From positions 372,001 through 436,000 of the forward strand of contig CT868041.1 of assembly GCA_000165425.1 (NCBI GenBank): DNA of 64,000 bases, read 5' to 3'. Both the position numbers and the translations under genes were made by a program. The stretch comes from Paramecium tetraurelia. Its lineage: Eukaryota. Each line of letters begins with the position of its first letter. Position 1 is the stretch's first letter. Positions 27,070 through 41,100 of this stretch are shown here, in pieces. The notes under the pieces are model-generated. The model did not search any database, was not told the DNA's origin, and saw only the letters and a list, made by a program, of their open reading frames with translations.

Positions 27070-27427
27070 AATATATTATATAATAAAAAAATTGATTTCT
27101 AGTTTTCGAAATAGTTTTTCAAAATAAAACTGAACTTATCAAATTCAGCAGATTCTATATATTTCTATTTTTTACTAACCTACACTTTTTGTAATAAATT
27201 TCATAATAATTTATAAGGAGGAAATTTTTATGCGTATTTCATTTAAGTGTTCAAAGTAGATAAAAAGACTAAATAAACCTATATTATATCAATACATAAT
27301 TATCATATAATATATGATAATATTTAAAGAATATGGAGAAGCTTTTTTAAATATAATAAATTCGAAATTTATGTTTAGAATTTCCGATTAAGTTATAAAT
27401 ATTAAAATAGAACAAAGTTTATAAATC

Positions 27428-27821
27428 TCAACCTGGGCCTACCTTTGGTATATCGTAATGCTCTGGCATCTTTTAAATTTTTTTATTAAAAGTTTCTATT
27501 TTTTATCTGTATGTCAATTCCATTTTCTAGAAATATATTTAAAAGTAAGTTTACTTTTTCAATTTTATCGCCCAATCTCTTCAGTCTAACTAAATCATAT
27601 TGAATTTCTGCTTATGTCTTTCCTGTTCCTCCTTGCTGAGCCATTTCAACTGGATTGAATTATTATTTTTTAAATTTGTCGTTTTCTTGTTCTTACTCTT
27701 TTGAATATGTAATTAATTGCTTACTATCTGATACTTCTTGCTGAATTTAGGGCTTTTTTTCAGTGGGATTAGACTTTTGAATTTTCTTTTTTAATTAAAG
27801 TGGACCAAATTTTTATGACAT
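27428..27821 (-). CDS. FAM32A: FAM32A/DUF1754 spliceosomal protein
   Basis: KTQAEIQY..TYRQKIETFN..EHYDIPKVGPG-stop. Confidence 0.85.
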
Positions 27822-27836
27822 AAATAATAATATATT

Positions 27837-28734
27837 TCATTAACCAAAAGACAATATAACCCAAGAGCATGCTGGCTGTAAAAATGCTAATACTAATGTA
27901 ATATTGGAACCAAAACTACTCAATTCTAAATTATTATTTAATTTTATACCAAGGGCACTCTAATTGTGAGATGGACTATATCTTTGTAATGTTTTGTAAA
28001 TAAAGATGGCCTAACAAATGAGTACATATATTGTGCCAACGAATGAAAAAATGCCATTTGTCAGAATGTTGAATACCATTAAGGCACATAAACTTAAATT
28101 ACAATGAGGAATACCTGCAATATCTGTAATTTAAATGTGAAACAAGGTCAACAGTGTTGACCCTAATTCCATCCAAAAAGCAAAAAACGATTTTTATTAT
28201 TATTACTTCCAAGAGGGATATAACAAAGCATTTCCAGAAGGAATCTACAATATAGCCTGGACTGAATTAGGTCTTGTCATTAATTCCAAGGCTCAAACAC
28301 CTCAGGAGAACAAATGTCACTAAACTCATCAATGGTAAATAGAGATCAGGAGCATGAACATTCTCTGTTGGTGAAATAGCCTAAAACTCACTGTCTGTAA
28401 TTATATTAGGAGATTGCTACTTAATGTCCAATTTCCTCTATAAAGATAAGGGGCGAGTGTCATGATGGATTTCTTCACTACATACATGTTGTCCACGTCA
28501 AAATAAAATCTATATTGACTGCTGAATACTGAATTCAGAAATGAATCGTATTTATCTCCAATGCCAGAAAATTTTCTTAAATATTATTTTCATTTACTTT
28601 CCAAGGCCAGCGTAAGCCATCCCAATAAAGGGATTGTCTAATGTATTCTTGGCCTTATTGACTGTATTTTCAATATTTTGAGGATTGAAGGCAAATGCAA
28701 AGGGATCGGTAGACGTGTCTTGTTATGGTTTCAT
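27837..28734 (-). CDS. YIF1: YIF1 ER-Golgi membrane protein
   Basis: RFYFDVDNMYVVKK, ENVHAPDLYLPLMSLVTFVLL, multiple hydrophobic segments. Confidence 0.88.
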
Positions 28735-28783
28735 TAATTAAGTATTTCTTGAAATCTTTTATAATAAAATTATTTAACGAACA

Positions 28784-29771
28784 ATGTTACAACAATATCG
28801 AGGAAATAGTTAGCCATCAAGATCAAATCAAGTTTAACCATATGTAAAGTTTACAAATTAAGTTATAGTCACGTTAGAACAACCAGTAGATGGCACAATT
28901 CAATATGTTTTAGGATTTTGATTCGATGTCTAATAGGATGATGCAACAAATGGATAACCAATTGGCTAGTCTAGGTTTTGGATCAATTTTTAGAGGCTTT
29001 GGAGATTTAGAAAATGAGATGATGGAATTCTCGAATCTCCATAAACATATGAAAAACTTAAATTAAATGGATGTTAATAATCATGCAAAGGATGGTGTAT
29101 TTTAAGTTTATTCATCCAGCTATGTTCAATCATCAAAATTAGGTCCTGATGGAAAAATCATTCAAGAAAAATACTTCGATAATAATGCTGTTGCAAGAGG
29201 AGCCAATGGGCATACAGTATCACATAATACTTATATTTCTATAGATAAGTGAAAGACAACAAGGTTACAAAAATAGTGATGGAATAGATAGATTTGCGCA
29301 TGAAAGAATGATGAACGATAAAGGAAAAAAACATATCAGAGAAAGAGATAGAACTGGCTAAATAACTACGACTAACCATTATATGAATGTTGAGGAGGAT
29401 CAAGTGGATTAATTTGAAAATTAATGGATGGGAGTGGGAAAGAATATGGGAATTAATTAATTGTCTGGAGGTCTAAAAGCATTACAGGAACAATAAAAAC
29501 ACACAGATTTTAATAATCGTCCATTTCAAAAACGTAATTAAATAAATAATTTCTAGATGAAATTACCTCAAACATGTTAGGTAAAAACTCTACTAGTTAT
29601 AATAACAATCCAACCAGATAGGCATTGCAATAATCAAATTAATAACCAGGAATTAAAAGCAAAGTTCCACAATCTCATTAGCCAATGAAGGCACTTCCTC
29701 CTGGAAAATAAGAATTTACAGGAGTTTACTAAAAAAAGGGTGTTAAAAATTAATATCCTTAAGCTGGATGA
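28784..29771 (+). CDS. MLF: Myeloid leukemia factor (MLF) family protein
   Basis: YSSSYVQSSKLGPDG..ISERQQGYKNSDG..HERMMNDKG..TNHYMNVEEDQVDQFENQW. Confidence 0.8.
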
Positions 29772-29917
29772 TATATATATTATATAAATTATAATAAAAA
29801 AAAGTTGACTCTCTAGGGATATGAACCATAAACTTGAGGCTTTGAAATATGAAGCAAACCAATTGGGCTTAAAAATGAAGAGCACTATAATAAAATAAAT
29901 TATTAATGCAATAATTC

Positions 29918-30321
29918 TCATAAAGAGTCTGCATTTTGTTCTAGCCTTCTATATTAATTTTTTGGAGGTGGAAGTTTCTACTTGCATGATTTTGAATATG
30001 CTTATATTATCTATGAACATCCGCAGCATGCAGCAATTGTTAAAATTGATATTATTGAAGCTACTGCCAACCTTTTCATTTATCTATCTTAAGCCTCAAT
30101 TCCTATTTTATTATAACTTTATCATAATACCCAATACTTAAAACAAATGGTATTACTCAAGTTCGTTTGCAATGTCCAAAAGTGTTAGAGTTTCTTCCTT
30201 TTACAAAAGCACAGTTTCATCCAGATCATTTTGTTCTAAGGAAATACTCAAAGAATGCTCTGACTTAATACAGATTATTTACATTCACTAACACCAATAA
30301 CAACAGTATTAATATTCTCAT
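29918..30321 (-). CDS. Small signal-peptide, single-pass membrane protein
   Basis: MRILILLLLVLVN.., LAVASIISILTIAACCGC; two tiny introns restore the frame. Confidence 0.6.
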
Positions 30322-30350
30322 GATAATAATAATAATAATATAAAACGAAT

Positions 30351-32635
30351 TCAGATTATTTTCATAACTTTATATAACTTGACAATCCCTAAGAGGAGTT
30401 TTCATTCTGATTTGACATCTAAATTAAATTGATATTTACTGTCGATTGTATATTGCTTGAAGAACTAAAAATATCAGTATCTAAAATCTTTTTATTGAAG
30501 TATTCTGCTCCCCTAAATAAAAACTTAGATTTATTATTATTTGCTCTAATTTATAACAATATCAATACTGCTGCTTCTCTAATTGCATCTCATATTAAAG
30601 TAGTTTGCTTTCTTACTCATTCAACTTTTTTGTTAGTTCCTGCACTTAATTAATCAATTCTTAACAAGAGGGAGTATTTATTAGTTTCTTTGTTACACTT
30701 AAATTTAAAAATATATTTTACTAATCTAACTGAAGATTCTTAGTATCCAATTCGTTTAAGAGTTGTTTGCACTTATCCTTATATTCAGATAATTCCATCA
30801 AAATGGCCTTTTGATTTACCTCATTAACTAAATGTCCAAGAACTATAAAATTATTACAGTTCTATTTACTTCCATTCTCATGCAAATCTATTTGAGATTT
30901 ACTACGTTATTCTAATTGTTTCTTTAACATAGAAATTTCAGATAGTAGTTGTTATTTCTCATGATTTCTCTTTTAATTGTTGCGTTCAATCATCATTTGG
31001 TACTTTTAAATTTCCTAAATTGATAATTCATATTTTAAAGCTAATTCCTTGTATTGTTGACTCTGCACTTGTAGTTGTTTTTTCAATTCAATCTCTGCAT
31101 TCATTGTTGTTTTGCTTTTCTTTTTGTAACAAACTGTATTCTCTGCTTATGAAGTTATAGTTCTATTTGTTTATTTGAGTACTAATTATGTCTTCTATGA
31201 AGGGGATGAACTCTAACCTGGAGTATTAGAAGGAGATTATTGATGAGAATAGTGAATTTTGTGCATTAACGAATATATATATATTTTTAATTAATTTCAA
31301 CTATGGCTTTGTTCGTAGGCAAACAAATCTAATTGTTATTGCCACTGTGAATTTTCTTCTATTTTATAAGATTTGATTTCATCATCATCAACAGCCACTA
31401 TCTTTTCAACTTTTACTTTAGGTAGATCACCCATTATTTCGTTCGTGTGTTAAAACAGATTTTCTAATCTGGATTTAACTAATTCTACTCTTGGTTGATA
31501 CAGAAAAGTTTGAGAAGCTATTGGATTTTGATTGGTGCAACGAGATTGATCAGGCATCTATAAATTAGTACATCTTGATTAATCTGGAATTTATTGATTA
31601 GTGAATCTAGATTGCTCCTAAAATTGAGGAATTTAGTTTTGAGATTATGGATTTGAATTTCTAGGTTGCTCATTTTTAAAAATATCAACCGTTTTAGGTT
31701 TTTAATATTTTCTGCTTGAATTTTTGAGTGCTTTCTATGATGCAGTAGGCTAGGAAGGTTCTTCATCCTCTGGTATTGCCATGGATTACTAATACACAGA
31801 AAACTAAGCCTGACTCATTTGAACCTCTTCAACATCTCCTTATTTCTCATTTTCAAATTTTACCTAACTTTCTACGATTTCACTTTAATCACACATACTT
31901 GATTATTATATTGTATCATTGTTCAACTTTAACGTATTTTATTGAAGTAATTTTGTTGGAAATTTTAGTTCTTACTATCTTGATTAAGGCTTTATATTTT
32001 CGACAAACATGGCATAATATTCTTAAGTCTTTAACATATTCAAATCATAATTCTGTGGGTTTGGTATCTCAATATCGTATTGTTCTTTATCTGAGTCCTC
32101 ATTTTCATCATCCTATTCATCTTGTTGATCAAATGGGTTATCATCATTAGGTTCATTCACTACTTCCTCCTCAGGTTCAAAATCCTTCTGCTCATACTCT
32201 TCTTCATCTACACTTTCATTTGATTCCTCAATTTCTTCATCTTAAAAATTGCCTGATTTATTATCGCTTACTTAAACTCTACTTAATTATGGAGGTATAG
32301 ATTTCTAAACTACATGATTTGGTAATTCACAACTCTCATCTGTAATTGATGATTTTTATTATTAATTTAATTAAAAATCGTTATTTGAAAAATTCTATGA
32401 TTAAAGTGTTTTGAATTATTACGATTACAAGGTTTTTGCATTTTCAGTCTATTTAAAATTTTACGATTGCTGAGTTTTTAATTTTAATTCCCTATATTCT
32501 GGCATAAAACTCTTTCCTAATTATTCCTCAGTATAATTTACATACTCTGATTCTCCAGGTAATTCAACATCATTATCAATCATAGATTCTGTAATTCCTT
32601 TTGGTTTATGGATTTAAAGTTAATATTATTATTAC

Positions 32636-32731
<96 letters not shown>

Positions 32732-35109
32732 TATTACTAAGAATAAATTTATTATTACTATTAGTATTACGAAAAAGGCTATTATTATTAAGAATAAGGT
32801 TATTAATGCTTATCAGAATGTAACTAATTTACTTCTTCGTATTAATGAGAATATTAAGAAGAGATGTCTGATTACTTAATTTATTTATAAAATTAATGAG
32901 CTTAAGAATTAGCTGTTGGTGATTAAAAAGGAGATATTTTTAAAGGTTGTATATTTGCTAACTGTTATTAATGTGGGGATTAATTTAAATTATCTTTTTT
33001 ACCTAGAGCATTAAAAAAAACACTTGATGCAAAAACAGTTGGATCCAAAGGACGTTTTTATTTCCCTTAAATAAAATCTTGCAATTTAACTATTTCTTGT
33101 TCAAACAATTTTTACTCCCTTTAAATATCCATTACTTTCCTTTAGTATTAATCAATTAATAGCTAATTCTACATTTCTATTTGTTGTAATCTTAATTTTT
33201 CTTCCAATATTTATCTGACAAGATCAATTTCCTATCTATTTTATTGAAGTTGCATTAAATATTATTAATGAACCATGATAGCCTAAGGATTGTGCGTGTT
33301 TTAATCATTAAAAAGCACTTATTAATATTGTTATAAATTGTCCTATAAATGAAATTGATTATAAACATTTTGTAATGGTGACATAGGAGGATGATAAGGA
33401 TTAGGCTAATAGGGTGTTTATTAAACAGGTTAATGTGGTTATAAATATTATTAATATTGAGGTTGTTGCTGTGGCAAATATTATTACTGTTATTAATGCT
33501 TTTGATCTTAAACTTATGATATAGAATCTCTTTAGATATCACTTTCTGGAGATAGAATTTACAAGGCAGATTTCTTAATAACATCTTAATGAATTTATTC
33601 ATTTTATATATTTTGCTTCCCTCTTCTTCCTACTTCTTTTTGTTGCATATTTTAAGCTTGCAATTCAAATTGCTCAGCTTATTTCTATTTTACTAATTCT
33701 TCTTGTCTTTTTTTCTCAAGTTATTATTGTTACTAAAATTGTTATTATTCTAATTCATCCCTTCTTCTATTTTCCTCTTCTTCCTATTTTTTCTTTCTTT
33801 TTTTTTCTTCCATTTATCTCTTTAATTCCTCTGCATATTGTTCCTTTTAAACTTATTTTTATGGATCTTCAGGCTATCCACTAGTAAATCTCCTCTACAG
33901 AAATCTTCCTTTAGTCTAATCATCTGTGGGTGCGGATTAAGGAGGCTAATAATAATTAGGAGATTGAGGAGGTGGATTATTTTTATAATCATATTCTTGT
34001 GGGAAATCAAATACATTTGTTGGATTGCTAGCTGGCCTTTTTGCAAACTCCTATTGGTTTCGTTATTACTATTATTCCATTTCTCTATTTTTTTTTTCTT
34101 AAATTTATCTATCAAGTTCTTCTCTATATTTCATTCTTTATGCTGCTACATTATCTTAGTTTTATGGTTCTTTTTATTATTATCTCCAACCTTATTAAGA
34201 CTGAGGTTACCCAAACTTTGAGAAGAAATCTACCTCAACTTAAGGTTATCTTTAACTTTATTATGAATTTGGTTTATACTATTATTACTATTATTAATTT
34301 TATTATTGATACTAATTATTTTATTATTGATAATATTATTGCTATCCTTATTGATTCTAAATTTATTGTTAGTTTTATTAGCCTTTTTAACTAATCTAAA
34401 TATCTAATTATTCCTTATATTTTCTTTTTTTTTCTCTTTCTTATTCTGCTGCATCATTCATTTTGTTTTTCTAATAATTACTATTATTATTCATTTGGGG
34501 TGGTTAATAACGTTATTCATAATTTTACTTGTCTGGTTATTTTTATGATTCATTTTTCATTTGATTATTAAGTTAAGACTATTAAATTTATCTTACTCCA
34601 TAGACTTGATCAGGATAATTATTAACAACTGGTTATTATTAATGATGATGATTTACATTACGCTAATTTTGATTTGAAACCAATTATTATTTATCTAACC
34701 AATCTCCATTTTAGTTGTTATTCATTTGATTCAAATTTTGTAAAAGCTTTTATTCCAACTAGACAGGCAACCTTTCTTTTTCCTACTCATAAGCACTCCC
34801 TAAGCCATTCTTTCTTCTCAATCTCTCCTCTTCTCTCAATTTAATGCGAGCAGCTCTTTCTTACTCAGCTTTCGATTACGATGGAACGACATCCTGATAT
34901 TCTGCATAAACCTTATTCCTAAAAGATTCAACATCTTGTCCTGCATACTCTAATTATTTTAAATTTTCTTCTTTCTCTTAAAGTTACTACAATCGCAATT
35001 CTCTCTTTTTATTTTCAGCTTACATTTGAAGCTCCATTTTTAATTAGTCCTCACTAATTTATGGATTTTACTATCTATCATTCCTTGTTCTTGGAGGCCT
35101 TCCAATCAT
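30351..35109 (-). CDS. Large Q-rich coiled-coil hypothetical protein (could be more than one gene)
   Basis: ATG at 35109 (MIGRPPRTRND), long E/K/Q-rich frames with polyQ near 32625-32740, TGA at 30351. Confidence 0.55.
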
Positions 35110-35169
35110 AATCGTTAATAATATAAAAAAATAGTTAAATTATTCTAAATAATGTGAAATTATTTTATA

Positions 35170-38100
35170 TCAAGCAAAACCAAAACCTTCTTTCCCTTCC
35201 ATAATCGCCAGCTCCAATTTCTCCTTTAGAATCTATCTAGCTGGATAATCAGGTAAGTCTAATTAATTAAAGCTAAATGATATGGAATTAATATTTACCA
35301 TGTGTGTGAAGTAGGTAATTCAAAATTGACATAAGGTTTTTTATGTATTTATATTTTTTGAGGACCATGCATTCCTTTTAATTCTTTGAATCCTCCTAAA
35401 GGAACTTTAGATGTGCCTATTAAATAATAAATTTATGGAATACCTGTAACAAATTATAAGAATGCTGCTCTTTTACTCTTGTCGAAACTCTCCAATAACT
35501 CCCATAACCATTAAATCACTTTATCTCCTTTATCATAACCATGATACTCGATATTCTCCTTCATATCCTCAACTAAAATAATAAATAAAATAAGCTTACG
35601 ATCAATATCAGGTAGACCACATAACATAAGTTCCATCTCCTTCCATTCAAAAATGCTCACTAAAGATTACGGAATCAATTCATGAAATCCATTCAAAAAA
35701 GCCTCAATCTAATCTTTAATTTCCTTAGCCATTTTTTAATAACAATAAGTTTGAACATACTCCAACTTGTTATCTTCAGTTACTAATTTAGTTTTTCCTC
35801 CTTCAATTAATTCTCTTTCTTCAAGTTTACCAAAATGATCAACATTGTATGTCCAATAGATTCCCCAATCTGTGACATTTTCTTCCAAGATTTTCTTCAT
35901 ACTTTTGTATTCATTCAAATCTATGTCCTCCATATCATGAATTGTTAATTTCTAACCCAAAATATGTTTATAAAAGGAACGTGTGAAGTATGTGTCCAAT
36001 AATTATCCATCATATATTGCCTTACCGACAATTCTACCAATAAATTTAAAATATTTAACATGGTCTGGATTCACATGAGATTTATTACTTGGCTAAAACA
36101 TTTGTCCATTTAACGAAGGAGTGAAGAGAGCGTAATTTGGATTGAAAATCTCCTTTGAAAGCATCAAAAACCATTCTCTAGTGACACCTCCTGCATCAAT
36201 ACCTTCTTCTCCATCAAATTCTACATGTAATTTACCCTTCAATTCTTCTGGCTTTAATTTACTTATACGATGATAGGAATCCATAAATATATCCTTTCTC
36301 CTACATCTTATATTTACATTTCCATAATGATGTCTATTGTTTTACATTTTCAATTATTTCAATTCCATTTTGAAATACTTCTGTTTATTATCAAAATCCA
36401 CTATTCTAGGATTCTTAAATATTATGACTCCTAAAGAATCATTAACTAATTTTCCTTTCTCTCTCAATTCTTATAATCTCTCTCTCATCATGATATTCAA
36501 TAACACCTTGCCACTCTCACAAATCTACTAGAATAATTCATCATGCAATTATTATTCTTGAACCTCTTGCTATTATCCTTCCATACTAGCAATCTTTGTT
36601 GGTTCTCTTTAAATATTTTTATTCTTTCTAATAGGATTGACCAATTGATAAATAATGAAAAAGCATTCCAAATATGGAGATATCTTAGTACTGAGTTTTG
36701 CTAACTACTATTAAGGAATGTCTTGTAATAATTTTATCAAGTTTTTCCATAATTATACTAAACCTTGATCTTCCAACAGTTCCTTGAAATTACTTCTTGT
36801 ATCTTGTTAGTCGTTATTCTCACCAATTTTGTCATTCATTTCTCTGACAAATTGAAATACATTTATCAAAGCTTTGTCTGCGGTAAAGATTTCATCATAT
36901 TAACATTGTTTGGCAAAATTATTATTTATTTCTCTTGTAATTCTTTATATGAATTCCTTAATGTATTTGATAATCAATTATTGGTTTTCTTTATTATTAC
37001 TGAGATTTAAAATAATATGAGAGAAATTCTTAACACTTCTATTCATGTTTTACAATAATATTGTGCAAACACATTCTACTGATTTTGAATCCAAGTTTAA
37101 TTGCTCTTATTTAAAGTCCCTCTATTTTGTTGTTATATTTGATATAGCTTATATCAACAACTCTTGATGATCACCCTTAAACAAAGGCAAAAGTTGAATT
37201 AACTATAGTAATGGAAGCTCCTAAGTGCCTTCTGACAATTTGGCTATTGATTGCAATTATACTTATTTCTTTGTTTCAAAGAAATACTTTATTGATGGAC
37301 CCTGCAATTTTGAAATTAAATACAGAATCTTTAATGATACTATTTCGTATATCTTGCTTTAATCTCTAATTAACCCATTTCTTCTTATTAATATTTATGG
37401 AGGAAACTCACTCTAAATTACTCTACTGCTATGATTCTTGAGGATGAAGAAGAGAGCATCAATTAACTTATATTCCACATTTGGATTGTTTGTCAGAGCT
37501 ATGAACAAGTTAATAGGGAAATTCACGAAACTATGAGATTCAACATAAAGTAATCGTAATAGAGATTCTGCAAACTCATCATCCACATTTCCCAATTTCT
37601 AAACCAAATGTCTCTGTGTTTGAAGTAAGTTCTTCAAATTCAAAGATTTTTAATTTTCTTTTCTTTGCTGTTATGGTTATATATTAGGAATTCGTTAATG
37701 TTGTTACTAGGGATCAACCTGATAGTACAATTATCTCTCCGTCTGCTCAATCGCTCTTTAGTCAGCTCTATCTCTTATCTAGGTAGCTTCCTGCCTTAAA
37801 TCTTAAGGTAGATTTCTAATTTATTCGGCACTGATTTGTAAATACATTTCCTCTCTATCATCATAAGGAGTTGAATTAATTAAGGCAATCAACTGATCTA
37901 AATCAGACTGCAATTAAGGTTGAGGTTAAATTGGCTATACATATTATTAATAAATTTCTCTTCTAATTTCTGGAGGTAATGATTGTAAGAATTATTAATC
38001 TATTCCTTCGATGGGATTAATTTCTCTATTTTCTGGGATGGTAGAAATAATATCAACCATCATTTCCTCTGTTAAATCTTCAAATACTGAGGGATCAATG

Positions 38101-41100
38101 CTGTTGCTTATTAAGTCATCAAAAGTTCTTCCTACTCTTAATAAGAAATTGAAGGTATTTGGATAAAGTTATTCGAAATTTTATTGTTATTATTATTAAT
38201 TATTTAAATTTGTTTATTCTATTTTTTAAGGTTATTCTTCTGTTTACATTTATTGTTATTATTATTATTATTATTGTTATTATTATCTTTTTTCCTATTA
38301 TTCATTCTCTGAAACTTATGGTTCTAATTACATAACTTCCGAGTTTTATTGAGGTACAAAAACTTATGCCTCTTCGACTTAGAGTTGTTGTTAAAACAGT
38401 TATTAATCTAATTATTATTAGAATTACTATTATTATAGTAACTATAGTTATTATTGTTATTATTATTACTATTATTATTATTATTATTATTATTATTGTT
38501 ATTGTTATTACTATTATTGTTGTTATTATTATTGTTATTATTATTCTTACTATTGATGTTATTATTGCAATAACTATTGCTATTACTACAAATTTTAATT
38601 AGTATTTAATAAGTTCAAGAATGACTATTATAATTGATCTTATATGGTTTACAAATTATGAGATGCCTCTTGTAACGAAGCCATATTTCCTTGTTATTAT
38701 TGTGGTTATTACTAGCTTGATGGGATTTAATTCCAATTGAACAATCGAATAAACTATTATTCTCTGGTATAATGTGATAAATGTTATTAAAATTAGGAAA
38801 TCAAATTATCTTAAGGTTGGTTTTAATATTAGAGTTGTAGTCCTAGTTGTTATTCCTCTCTTCTATTTCTAAATATTATCGATCTGTTTCTGTCTTATCT
38901 AAGTTATTCTATTCTTTCTTATCTGAGCTATTCAATTCTTTCTTATCTGTCAATTTGATCATATCGAGCAATTTAATTTCTGTTAAAAACCCTATCATTT
39001 TAGTCAATTCTAAAGATTTCAGTGTTCAATCTATTATCTCTAAAAAATGGTTGCATTCTCAATTCTTACCCATATGATCTCTCATCAATCTAGAATGGAT
39101 TTTAGATGTATTAGGTAAGTTCAGTCCACCAATTGATTGGTTGTGAATCATCAGGGGAATTCATTTTAGGTAGAGAATGGACTAATTTATCTAAGACCTT
39201 CCCAAATTATTATGGGAATTAAATGCCGATTAATTGAATGATAGATTTAGTCATTTTAGCAAATGCCTGATCTTCTCTGCTAGTAAGATGATGAAATTAT
39301 TTAGTGACTTCAATATTTTCCTCTGAAATTTCATTATTTTCTCCTTCTTATTAGAATACTTCATTTTCTTCATCAATAGCTCCTTCTTCTTGATCTTCCT
39401 CATGTTCTTCTTCATCCTCCTAATCGATGTCCTCATCATTGACACTGTTTGATGCATTTTCTTCCTATTCCTCTTACTCATCCTATTCACTTCCTTCCTC
39501 CTATTAATCATTATCTTCGTCATCATCCTCTTCATCAGTCCAACTTGATGAAGAATTCTAAGCTTCTTCAGCCTCCATCTGATTGTGTCTACTTTAACTA
39601 GATGCCCAACTATTTTCCTCTTCTTCAAGGTCTTCAGGAGCTGACTCATGAGAATTATGAGAGTCTCCACTCTGCTCACTTTGCATATCATTATGGTCAT
39701 ATTCCAATTCTAACATGCCATCATCTTCCTCGATATTGGCAATCAATTCAACATTCACTAGTCTATTTCTTCTTCTAAATGGAGGCAAGAATTATTAAAA
39801 TTCCAACTCTTCATGCTATTGATTTTAGTTTATCTCTTCTAGGAATGAAATGGGTAAAAGTGGCCATTTTTAGAAATATTTAATTGAATCTTGATATAAA
39901 ATACTCTTATTTGGTACCAATTGTGAGTTGATCTCTTCTGGCAACAATTATCCTATCATACCCTATAATTGATAATGATCTCCATATTATTCTTGTTATA
40001 ATTTAGAGACGATGACTGAGGTTGGTTTATAAAACAAAAGGTAAATAGCCATATTGAAAAGAACTGCTAAGGTTTCTGAAATGAATTATAATTCCTTTTC
40101 ATATCTGTAATATGATTTCAACTCAAAGTTCTTCATTCCATCGATATATAATTTAATAAAGTTAAATGAATTTGTTGTATCATTAATATTTCTATAACAA
40201 ATCTTAGCCACAGACTTTATCTATAGCAAACGTATCAAAGTATATGAGTATTAACACACAATTGAATCAAAGGTTTTAATTCGTTTTTCTATGCCATCAT
40301 ACAATTCACTAACAATCTTTCTCCTTGTTTCGTTTGAAAATGGAATAATGTTATTATTAGCCATTTAATACAACAGGACATTGTCCAAACACAATTCAAA
40401 TAGAAGATTCTTTGCAGGAGTCATAATTCTGGTAATAAGAGTAAGAAATGAGATTTTTCTAGGTAATTCTAGATCTTAGTAGTCTGTGCTTAACTATTTT
40501 TAATAAGGCTTCAACAATTTACTACAATTTACTCTCACTATTTTTGGGATTAAGACAGGATAACGTCTGATCAATATTTACAATACTTGAGTTATAGTGT
40601 ACCAATGATATTGATATTATTCATTTTCGAAAAATGAACTTATCATCTATTATATTAACAATTTGATCAAAATCTAAGCATCTTGAGTATGCTAAAAGTT
40701 AGATTATAATTGGAGTTTATCTTCACTTTTCTTCTTTTTTTAAATTTATTTGCTCTTTTTTGCCGTTTCAGGTTCTTTGTGTTTCTAAAAACTGGTAGGC
40801 TAAACACAATCGAAAGTGTGCAATGAACAGCCCTTTCTGAGATTCAAGTATTTAACTCCATCAATGGTTTCTCCATCTTCAAATAAATGAGACATGACCT
40901 CTTTTACTTCATCTGTATAGAATGCTTGATTTTAAATTGTCAATAATGATGGATGATTAGAGGCAATCTTAATTTCATTCGTTATTGGAATGTTATAATA
41001 AATTGGTTAAAAGCAAATTGGATAATGAGGTTAATGTTGTTATTAGACCTATGATTAAGGCTACTATTGTTGTTTATTGATGTTTTCAATCTCTTTGTTA

